Part shown: in pieces, positions 52,307 through 64,000 of the stretch
Position numbering within the stretch: the first letter of the stretch is position 1
How the letters are laid out: each line of letters starts with the position of its first letter
Source: the human T2T-CHM13v2.0 reference genome, Homo sapiens
Assembly: GCF_009914755.1 (NCBI RefSeq)
Contig: NC_060930.1
Length of the DNA stretch: 64,000 bases
Reading direction: 5' to 3' (one strand)
Made by a program: the position numbers and the translations under genes
Notes under the pieces: model-generated
Told to the model about the DNA's origin: nothing
Seen by the model: the letters and a program-made list of their open reading frames with translations, nothing else
Databases searched by the model: none

Positions 52307-54407
52307 TCTATTTTTTATGTGAAAGAAGAGGCAAAGTTATCTCTGAAATATGATTTTTTGAGAATAAAGAGGAAGACTTGAAGAGAATGAAAAAGGTTAA
52401 CAGCATTTCCATAGGAAATGAATTTAAAAAGTAAGAACAAGTAGAATAGCCAGGTCAAAAAATACATGAATTTGCCACACTGTCATCAACACAGCGATGA
52501 GATTTTTGTCTGCCTACTCAGTTACAGAGGAAACAGATCGTGAACTGACACAGGGTTGAGGATGAACAGCACAGGTGTGGGAGGAGGATGAAGGAATGTG
52601 AAAGGACACTGATGTGAGAGATGTTAAAAGCCATTGACCATGCAGTCCTGCATGGAAACCCAGAAGAAACAGGAGACAATGGAAACTCAGCAGCACCCAT
52701 ACAGACTCAGAGATGGTAATGGGAGAGGAGGTAGTGAAGTTAGATGAACAGAAAATAATTTGATTATTGGTTTGAAGTTGAAGATTTCAAACATGAAACA
52801 ATTCTGGGTGAAGATACAACCTAGACTAGAATGACTGACCATGGAGTTCTGCTTCTAATACTGGCTGTTGGAAAGCTATTGATGCTGTTTTATTTGGAGA
52901 CATTACTTTTTGACTGAAAAATATAAATTGGATAGGCACCCTTAAAAACCTGGGGCATAGTTCTAGTGATCATATTTTATAAACCCAAATTAAAGCAGAT
53001 GGCTTAGCAATAGCCCCTACATTTTGGTAATTTGTTGATGTATTTATATGAAAAGACAAAATAATATGTAACATATAACAATATATTGGTTCTATGTCAG
53101 AAAACTCAGGAACCACAGTTTCTGTAGCCATTATAGCAGTAACTTTTAGAATGACAAATAACAATGAGGCAAAAAATTAAATACTTCCAAACATGCTTAA
53201 AATACAACAATTTTGAGTTAGACTGTAAACTTCTTGAGAGAAGAGACCATTTATGAACTCCTGTGTTTCAATACTCCTTTTGCACAATTGTTCCCTTCAT
53301 CACTACCAATATTTAGGACAGTATGGGCCAACAGTAAGAGATAAATAATACTTCTTGTTTAAATTCTTGGTTGGTGATTTTATCTATCTCTTTTGGGGAG
53401 GTGCATTCCAGCTAGAATAACTTAATTTTTTTATCCCCCAGAAGGATGGGTGTATTCTTTCTTGTTCTACTGCTAGTTTAAAGAACAGGCGACTTCCCTG
53501 CTCAGATTCCAAATTCCTTAGGAAAACAAGAAGCGACAACAAAACCACACCAGTAACTTCCACTCACATGTCAGTTTTAAAACAACTTGGGAAAGGTCAG
53601 TCTATTTGACTTCCTTCTATTGTTGAATTTACCCAGTTCCTGATTATATTACAGTCAGGTGGTGATTTTTAAAGGATATTCCTTTATCTGTTTCGGTTTT
53701 CTAAGCGACATAAATTAACCAGGAGCTTTCTTTTCACACTGAATACTGTTTGTCTTGGGAAAAGATTAGCTGTGATTTAAAATTTTTTTAAAAAACCTGT
53801 TCTCTTTAGCTCTTGCCTTTGCAAGCACACCGATAGCACTGGAGTGGGAACCCGTTGAAGAGATAGGTAGAAGGGAGCCAAGGAAAGCTCACCAGTGACA
53901 CGAAGAGGTCACTGGTGTGTACTGTATCTCAATTTCACTGCCAAGGACACTCCTTAGTGGATTAAGCACTAAATTTAGACTTACTGAAATTATAGTCTTA
54001 GCCTTCAAACTAGGATTTCAGTTTGTTTTGATTTCTATTATCTCAAAGTTATTAGGTTTGTCCCAATTATCTGAAAACACACATTTATACTATGCAGTGG
54101 CTGAGTATAATGTGTAGAAAATTGTTCCTTAGGAAATCTTTTTAGTCTGTCTTATGAACAATTCAGAATAATATATTATTTTTATATTTATCATTTTATT
54201 GATTGTTATTTTACTTTTCAGTTACCAATGCTACTCTAAATTTTCTATGGTTTTCTATATAATCTCTATATAATCTCCATATTTTTAGTACATTACATTT
54301 TTTACCTTTATTATTATTATTTTTATCTCCCACTTGGCTTGGCTGCTTTAGTACATTTTTAAATGCTGCACAGACAATATCTGATAGTTAAAGTAGAATT
54401 CAATGTT

Positions 54408-54795
54408 TTCTTTTTTTTTAACTTTTAACTTCTGGGGTACAAGTGCAGCTTTGTTACATAGGTAAACTTGTATCCTGGGGGTTTTGTTGTTGAGATTATT
54501 TCATCACCCAGGTATTAAGCATAGTACCCATTAGTTATTTTTCCTGATCCTTTTCCTCCTCCCTCTCTCCACCCTTTCAAAGGCCCATGTGTCTTGTTGC
54601 CCTCTGTGTGTCCATGTGTTCTCATCATTTAGCTCCCACTTATAAGTGAGAATATGTGGTATTTGGTTTTCTGTTCCTGCATTAGTTTGCTGTGAATAAT
54701 GGCCTTTAGCTCCATCTCTGTCTCTGCAAAAGGATACAAACTCCTTCTTTTTTATGGCCATATAGTATTCCTTGGTGTATATATACCATATTTTC
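54408..54795 (-). mobile_element. L1PA/PB 3' end fragment
   Basis: Reverse ORF shows the L1 ORF2 tail (IWYIYTKEYYMAIKK; ILTYKWELN); typical L1 3'UTR. Confidence 0.9.
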
Positions 54796-54919
54796 AACAT
54801 GAAAAAGGGGTGGAATATCAAAATCATCATTTGAAAAAAGAAATCCACAAAACTGGGTGGGAGTGGTCTGGGAGGAGATTGTGCTGGATGAGGAGATGTG
54901 TTTAGAGCATAACTTACTT

Positions 54920-55259
54920 TCTTTCTTTCTTTGTTTCTTTGTCTCTCTTTCTCTTTCTTTCATTTTTTTTTTTCAGACAGAGTCTCTGCTTGCTCTGTCA
55001 CCCAGTTTGGAGGGCAGTGGCACGATCGTGGATAACTGCAGCCTCGACCTCCCAAGCTGAAGCAGTCCTACCACCTCAGCCTGCCAAGTAACTGGGATTA
55101 CAGGTGCACACCCCCATTCCTGGCTTTCTTTGTTTTTTCTGGTATAGATGAGGTGTTGCTATGTTCCCCAGATGGTCTCAAACTCCTAGGCACAAGTGAT
55201 CTTCCCGCCTTAGCCTCCCAAATTGTTGGGATTACAGATGTGAGCTGCTACGCCAGGCC
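54920..55259 (-). mobile_element. Alu (J-like)
   Basis: TSD TAGAGCATAA. Confidence 0.9.
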
Positions 55260-55429
55260 TAGAGCATAAATTCTCAGATTACTTGAATGTGTTTCATGGG
55301 TAAACCTGCTTTTAGACTTCAATAATACTACTTACCAGAATAATGTTCCAGAGGCAATTTAGTATATGTTGGTCATCAGTGTTTAGGAATTGGGTAACCA
55401 AACCAGCAAGCTTAAAGTAACGGACAAGG

Positions 55430-55650
55430 AGTGCAGAGCAATGGTTATGAGCACACATTCTGCTTTGGGGAATTTGCGCAACGTGACCTTGGGCAATTTA
55501 CCTAGCCTCTCTCTGCCTCAAGTTCCTCACCTGTAAAAGGAGGATAACAGAACTACCTCTTAAGATTGCTGTGAGGATTCATGAGGTAATAATATATGTA
55601 TCACACGATATTGTGAACATTAATCCTGGCACATAGTAAACACTCAGACA
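55430..55650. mobile_element. MIR
   Basis: MIR core GTGACCTTGGGCAATTTACCTAGCCTCTCTCTGCCTCAAGTTCCTCACCTGTAAAA. Confidence 0.75.
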
Positions 55651-56877
55651 TCAACGTGAATACTCTGCCCAGTTTTTAAGTTGGTGTAGACTCCAGATGA
55701 ACCATAAAACTGGTGGAAGTTTTAAAATAATGCCCATTTCTAGAGGTGGAAAAAAATAGCAAGATCAAAGAGCCCTGGCCTCTATGAAGGGATTGTGAAA
55801 GAGGAGAGAGATAATTAAGCATTTGGTTTGTACCAAGGAGGAAACACGTTTAATTTATAGCAGGAAAGGCTTAGTTTCAAGTTGGTAGACTTCCTGGCAC
55901 ATTGCGCTGTAAGATACTATTGAGCTGAAAATTGCAAAGAAAGGAGAACTTACTCAATGTCAGTCAAGATGGCATTAGTAAACTTGGAAGCTTCCCTGCA
56001 TCTTTTTTGGATATGAAGTATAATGATTTGACATAAATATACTACTGCCTAAAACAAAAGAGCTGGATTCTACCACTATTAGAGTCACTTAACAGGGAGA
56101 ATCACTTCACCCTGGGTCTCCTGATAGCAATTCAGTAACTAAGTTCCCTTGGTTGAGTTCCAAGACCAGTAATTCTTATAAGGAGGTTCACTCTAGAGCA
56201 AATAGTGTTTATGGTGATGTTTAAGCCTTACCCACATTCAATTTGAATTACAATGGAAAGTAAAAGTATTTGACATCTAATAATCCATTTACATTTGTTA
56301 GTGATCTCAATTTAAATCACCGTGCCTATGGCCTGACAGATGAGTTACTAGATTTTGATTTTCCTGAGGTTTATAATGTTTTAAAACTCATTAACATTTT
56401 AAATATTTACTATCTCATTTTATTACATAAAGCAGCACACAAACAAACTGAAAATTATTTCTAAACCAAATTTAATCCAGAACAGTTATTAAAACAATAT
56501 ATGTTAAAAAATGACATTTTAAAAAGCAAATGTGAAGAAGATACAGAGAAATACTGGAGTATCCATTGTCAGAATGATTTAATTTCAGTTCAAAGGGATT
56601 TGAAGATCAGTTAATTTGTCCATCCTTCGTCATGTTATACACAGGCTGCCTCTTTGCATGTTCCTTGAAGTTGTGCAGGACAGAGCCTGTGTGGCCTCGC
56701 CCAGTGCCCTGGTGATAGATGGGAAAATGGACTTAAATGCACTTGCCCCAGGCTTCTTAAAATGTTTGATTTCTTGTTGACTTCTTGGGTGCTTTCCAAA
56801 CTCCACAGTGTTGAAATAAAAGTTGACCTGCTAAATCTAAATTCACATTCTATACCAGGACATGTTGTCTGGTTAAA

Positions 56878-57358
56878 ATGAGAACCTTGGAGGATATTAT
56901 ATTAAGTGAAATAATCCAGGCATAGAGAGACAAATACTGCATGTTCTCACTCATTTATGGAAGGCAAAAAAGTTGACCTCATGGAAGTAGAGAGTAGAAT
57001 AGTGGCTCCTAGAGGCTGGGAAAGTTGTGTGTGTTAGGGGTGGGGTGGTAGGGAGCTAGCCAGAGGTTGATTAGCAAATACTAAGTTACTGCTAGATAGG
57101 AGGAATAAATCTTAGTGTTCTATGGCACTATAGAATGACTATAACTAACAAAAATTTACTTTCAATTTTTGTGAATAATTTATATTCAAAACCTACAAGA
57201 GTGGATTTTGAATGCTCCCAACACAAAGAAATAAAGTTTTGAGGTGATGAATTTGCTATTTACCCTGATTCGATCCCTACACAGTGTGTAGGTGTGTCAA
57301 AATATCACATGGTACCCCATAAGTATGTACAATTATTATGTCAATTAAAAATAAAAGG
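56878..57358 (+). mobile_element. L1MA-type 3' end fragment
   Basis: TTAAGTGAAATAATCCAGGCATAGAGAGACAAATACTGCATGTTCTCACTCA...TATGTACAATTATTATGTCAATTAAAAATAAA. Confidence 0.85.
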
Positions 57359-59859
57359 AAATAATCACTAGTGAAGACAAAACTGATTTAAATCTTAAAA
57401 ACTTTATGCTCTCCAAATATCTAAATGCTTTCAAAACAGAATTTCAAAATGCATCCAGAGGAAGGACATAGAATAGAGTAGAAAAAATAGTGCATAGCTG
57501 TTTGGATAGCGATAGCAGTAAACCTGTTTTTTTAAAAAATGAACAGTTCCCTTGAGGTAGAAAGTAGGTAGGAGCATGTGGAAGAAGCTCAGGCCTGGAG
57601 CCATTTGGTGGCATCAACCTCTGGTGATTTGAGAGCTGCTCTGCCACCTGCGGTGCTCTCAGCAGTTCCTGTCTCATTGTCTTAATTTTATGGGATCCTG
57701 GTTTAGGTAACCTCACAGAAGCAACGATTCTTTGAGGAATCTATAAAATGTAACTTAGAGAAGTCATTGAGCGATAGCTGAAGGAGACACTGGGGAAAAT
57801 TGAGAATGTGAGCAACAGCAAGCAGAGGTAGCACTAAGATATTTACTTTTGCATTTGCGGAAATGCATCTAACTTATATGTTATGTAACTTGTATCCTTT
57901 GGACTTCAAAATGCATTGAAATATATGCAAATAGAAACTTTTAACCTCTTTTTCTTTTCTGTCCTGGTGAATTATTTGTACCATGGTCATTGTGATACAA
58001 TTTCTGACATTTATCCACCATGAAGGGCAAGAAATATCATATACTTCTTTGGCATTCCTTACATGTACAGCATTATGATGGGGGTAGGACAGAGTTTTAT
58101 TACATTTGTCTCATATTATTAAGGTAAAGGAAAGGGAGAGATGAATCCCTAGTTTTCTAGGTTCCTGTTTATTGTCCCAAATATACCATGTATGTGTTTT
58201 TTCATTTGTCAAAGCTTATCAATTGAGTGTGAAACTCTATTTTCATTCATAGTCCACAAAGACTTACTCTAAATTGCAACCTATTGCAGTGGAAAACAAA
58301 CAAAGAAAAACAAAAACAGGCTGGCTGGCACTGAAAGTGCTGGCAGGCTGAAGCAGTAATCTGTTGGTAATTTTATAAGATTTCTTTGCTGATTACTATT
58401 TGGGCAGTGTCCACATCACTGATGAGTTCACACACTCACAGCTGTTCTAGGAGCAAGACAACATCTCCAAAAACAGACAAGGATTATTCTGACCATTTAA
58501 AAAGCTGGTTCCTGCTAATAGTATTGTTGATGATCTTCTACGAGAATTTCAATTAAATGAAAATCAAATGCCAGCTCTCAGAGGCCATATGGTGTCATGA
58601 AGGAAAAGCCGCACACCCATAGTCAAGGAGCCCTGGTTCCTGCCCTGGCATTGCCAACAACTAACTGAGAAAGACAGTGATCAGCTCATGCATGCACAGA
58701 CCTAGGCAAAGATCTTTAGAATCAGAGAGAAAGGACCTGCTGCTGTGGTAACCCAAAGAAACTGAGGAAAAGCTTATATTAGACTGAGAAGAAGAACAGA
58801 CACATCTGAGAGGACAGAAAGGAAGGATTGGGCTCGAAGAGAAAACTGCAGAGAACACCTCCAAGTGCGGAAACAATAACTCATTAGTGCCTATAGAATG
58901 CCAAGCACTTTTTAAAAATAACTCATTAATATTTTTATTGGAACATGTAATGAATCGATCACCATCCTTTCAAATTTCATGCATTGACATCACTCAGCAG
59001 TTGCCGCATTGCAATGCCAAAGGGCCAAGCACTTTCATCTAGTATTTCTAATAGATAAAACAAACTTCCACCAGAATGTGTAATTGCGGTTGTTGAGGAA
59101 ACTGAGATTCAGAGAGGTTGAATTCTTGGAGACACACAGCTGCTGCATGGCACCCCTCCTCTTACTGGAGATTTGGGCAAAGCTTTCAGATGATTCAAGC
59201 TCTCCTGAGTGAAGGGAGCCTATCGACTATGAAGATTCTCATTCTGTGTAGTCTGAAATGTTCTCACTTGACGGTAAAATGCTTCCTATTCTTTACATAG
59301 CTTGCACTGAGAAGAGAGCTACCAAAAAGAAGGAAGGAAGAGAGGAAGAAGAGGAGGAATCTGAGAGAAGAAAGTAAAGAAGAAAGGAAAAGGTAGAAAG
59401 AAAATAAACTAAAAGGTAAGAAATAAAGGGAAGAACTAGTGGGGCCAAGAGAATAAAAGGAATCTGAATAAAGATTCTATTTTCTGAAGAGTAATAAAAT
59501 ACCTTTCACTATGTCCTGACCCCAGGTACAGGGGCCTGTTTTCTCCAGATGTAATAACTGCTTCAAAGGAAGCTTCAGACCAGGAGCAAGTAACTTTGCC
59601 AAGTCAAGGAACTGCAAAATGGACACTCCACACTACAGAAAGCATTTATTTTGAAGAATTAGATCTATTTTCTTCATTTGCCTGGTAAATTCAGGCTAGT
59701 TTTCACCATAATATTATTATAACTTTTATACAAGATCTGCTATAAAATTTTATGTAAACTAAGTGTTTAATAATAGGGACCCACAGAACAATTCTAGGAT
59801 GTTAAATTCTTTTCAGAGAGGAAAGCTAAGCGTGGCCATTGTACATGTGTGTTTAATGA

Positions 59860-60252
<393 letters not shown>

Positions 60253-60768
60253 AACAATTATAATAATTTTAACAACTAACTTGAATTAAACCCATTATTT
60301 CTTAGCATAGCCTTCTCCAATCAAATTAAAACTGCACCCCTAACACTGTCCCCTATACCTATTACTTTTTTAATAGACTAATTGCCACTCTAAAATTTTA
60401 CCTTACATATTGTTGTTGGTCTCCTTTCAGAAAATATAAACTGTCTGGGGCCAGAGTTGCTCTGTTTTGTTCCCATCTCCAGGACCTGGCTCAGGGCCTG
60501 CATGAAATAGGTGCTAGTAACTAGTCATCGAATGAATTCATGAACAAATGATGAGTGAATACGTGAGCAAATGAATGTCATGTTCCAAGAACTACAGTTT
60601 TACTTACCTATGTTTTTTAGCGGATTGTCACATCATTCTAAGGTAGGAAGTCATCTTTAGAATGACTGAGTTACTTGCCCAAAGTCTCACAGGTATTAAA
60701 TATCAGGGCATGATCCAGGCCTTCTGATTCCAAAGCCCTTCAACAACTATGCTATGAAATAATAGTTC

Positions 60769-60769
<1 letters not shown>

Positions 60770-60803
<34 letters not shown>

Positions 60804-60817
60804 TGTGTGTGTGTGTG
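60770..60817. repeat. (GT)n microsatellite
   Basis: Directly visible. Confidence 0.97.
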
Positions 60818-61106
60818 CACATGCATGCATTTAGATTGCCTGCAGTTAGATCGCCCTAAACTTACTGATTAAATAAAAAAAAACACTCAGTTATATGCAA
60901 TCAAAAGATGATGACAAGACAAAATGGAACAGTTAAAAGATAAAAATAAATGTTTAGCTTTCTTTAGTTACTGCTAAAAAGAGAATTGCTTGTGGGAGTG
61001 GGAGAAAAAAACAAAACAGTGAAATTCTCCTTTTTCACATTTTTTCATACCATGGTGCACACATAATTCAATTTACCATTTTCCCTTAAATAAACTAAAT
61101 ATGTAA

Positions 61107-61510
<404 letters not shown>

Positions 61511-63373
61511 TTGATTTTCATTTCTTACCTAGACCATCTGTTTTCAACTCTCTACTCTTGACTCCATTCAAAGTAGGGATGCACCATAAATATGTCCACT
61601 TTGCAGTCTGAGAAGGTGTCAGGTGTTCCTGAGCAATACACTGGTGGTCTCAGAATAGAAAAGTTGAACTAGTGAGGTGTAAAACATAGTATGTTTGAGT
61701 ATGGTGGTGATGTCAATAGGATAGTTATTTAAATTTTACTTTTCTTTTTCCAGTCTCTTTTAAGTTAAATTTAAACAGTTAATGTATGAATTCTGCCTGA
61801 AATTAGGGGAAACATTATGGCCTCATTCAGAGCCAGGAGAACTGGATTCACATTCCAATTCTGCCACTTGTTTGCTCTGTGACTTTGGACAAATGGGAAT
61901 TTATTTCCTCAGCTGGGAAGTGAAATAATCATGCCTGCCCTGGCTGCTTCTGTGAGTGGAAGATCATAATTGGAGTGCATGAAAGACTTTGTAAACTGTT
62001 AAGTGCTCTATAAACGTTAGCATTTTACTCAATAAATTTTTATCACACATTCGATGGAATAAGGAAAGAGAATTGAAATAATACAGTTTTTCTTCATTGC
62101 CTTAGATTATAATTCAGATATAATACAGTTCATTACATTTCATAGTTGTGGCTATTTCAGTAAATTTATTTGTCAAACTCTATATTAAATAAAATAAATT
62201 TATTATATTTTATCTATGGGAAAGTCATTTGATTTGCATAAAAATTTTCTAAGATGTATTTTTATTCATTTCTCTTCTTATACTTTTGTTGCGTGGATAA
62301 TATATTCAAATGATTCAAATACTTAAAATTTAAAAAATATGCAACAGAAAGTATACTTCCCGTCTTTGCCCCACAATAGCCTAGGTCCTATGCCCTCTCC
62401 AGTAGATAATCTGTATTTGAGTGTCTTAAATATAATTTTGGACTGGTTTTATGTGCACATGTAAGATTAAGATCTGTTTTGCAGTAACATGGGTTCCTTT
62501 AGGCTTAGGGTATTGGGAGGGGAGGCGGGAGCTAACTCTTCTAGGCAACAACGAGTCCACACACTGGTTCAGTGGTAGAGCCAGATTTGAACTAAATCTG
62601 TTTGTTTCCAAAGCTGGTATCTGGTCCATTGTGTCAGACTGAAGAGGTATGGAGTTAGAGGTCAAAGAAAAATTAAGTGAGGGGAGGAGGTGAGTGATAA
62701 GGGGAGCAGGAAGAAGGCAGGCATTGCATATTTGGCTCTACCCAGAGAAAGGGTCCCAGTCCAGGAACATCAGGAGGTGAGCCACAAATGATGTGTGCTC
62801 AACTGCAGACAGGTGCCCAGCCTCACCTCAAACTGGGGAACTATATGCCTTGCAATCTAGGAGCTCAGAGGCTTTTCCTAGTAAGTCACTATGAGTCATG
62901 ATTAAGATCAAAGGTAGCAGGGTAGACTGAGCCCATAGGGCCACATTCATTCATCTGAGAGGCAGGAGAGCAGGTAGAGCTTCAGTTTTTCTTCCAAGTG
63001 AAACCCAGAAGTGCATCTGACTTTTTTCTCCTGCATGGACCAAGCCTGGAGAAAGATCAGTAAGTAACCTTCAAAGGTGAATCTTCCTCTTCTAAGATTG
63101 CATTTTTAAAGAGGCTACCAAGGGATGAATACCCTGACAAGTGCAGAAATGGCCTTCAGACATGCACTGCCATCACTTTGCAATGGGCATTTGAAACACT
63201 TGGCCTAGAGAGTAACCTCTTAGGTCAGCCTTCAACTAATTAGCTTATTTTCAGGGACTTTGAAATTCTGAGATGATGTAAGATATTCCATCAGGAAATT
63301 TTTGGAACTTGGAGAGATTTGTTTACACATGGTTGGCCTGACATTTTTTCTTGAACACTATATTCTTAAACGC

Positions 63374-63374
<1 letters not shown>

Positions 63375-63406
<32 letters not shown>
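63375..63406. repeat. (AC)n microsatellite
   Basis: Directly visible. Confidence 0.97.
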
Positions 63407-63409
<3 letters not shown>

Positions 63410-64000
63410 TCCGTTACCACACAGTGACAGAATTATGGGATTTGTTGGTGTCTTACGTTTGTTTCTTCTCAACTGCCTTCAGCTACTCAAAAATAACCTA
63501 AGAATTCTAGTTTGAATTTCAAAGATGTTTCTAAACTTGTGTTTTTGCTGCATTATGTTATCCTAAAAATACTTCCAACTTTTCTTGATTTTTTTCCCTG
63601 TGTAATTGTTTTCATGTGTTTCTATTTTCTTACATCTGAAAAGTAACACTTTGAAAACCACATGTGGTTGCTGTGTTCCAGAAGGGCCACTCAGTAGGAA
63701 GCACCCTGGAGTCATGGAGTCATGGGACTTTGTGATTTCTCCTCTCCTTTATTTCACTGATTTTAAGCTGAACTTTGTAGTGTGTCCTCATCAAAAAAAC
63801 TGGATAAGGAGAAAGATGCTGGGGATGTTCAACATGTTTGTATCTGTCAAAGCTATATTAGGATCTAAACAATTAGTTGTATGAGTCAGGCATATGCAAA
63901 AGATGAAAAAAGTAGCGTTATACAGTGAGAATTTCATAGCTTTCGATATCTCAGCAAAACATAAAGCTTGAACAGCATCTTAAATGCAATTCTTCCATGT

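Overview
Primate, very likely human, genomic DNA centred on the two-exon MARCKS gene (+ strand). The CDS is 31975-32076 joined to 33912-34808 and encodes 332 aa with an N-myristoylation motif and the basic PKC/calmodulin effector domain. The gene lies in a roughly 9 kb stretch with no recognisable transposons. That stretch has two CpG-rich blocks and a long 3'UTR with proximal (~36.0 kb) and distal (~37.7 kb) polyadenylation signals. The flanks are repeat-rich: about 24 Alu/FLAM copies, LTR12, THE1/MST, MLT1, MLT2, L1, L2, MIR, Tigger4-like and hAT elements. They also hold several L1-made retrocopies: an RPL30 processed pseudogene, a U13 snoRNA copy, a BC200-like copy and a ~55-nt polyadenylated LTR-like fragment. 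A minus-strand MLT1 LTR at ~47.0-47.8 kb carries an ETS-IRF motif and a consensus splice donor, matching my recollection of where the convergent lncRNA MROCKI (LINC01268) starts. The best hunt candidates are (1) an AUG-free, in-frame open 5' leader that could give non-myristoylatable N-extended MARCKS, (2) a strong cryptic acceptor in the 3'UTR that could give effector-domain-less MARCKS microproteins, and (3) the LTR-derived antisense promoter. All calls were made by eye. Repeat subfamilies and boundaries are approximate unless target-site duplications (TSDs) are quoted.
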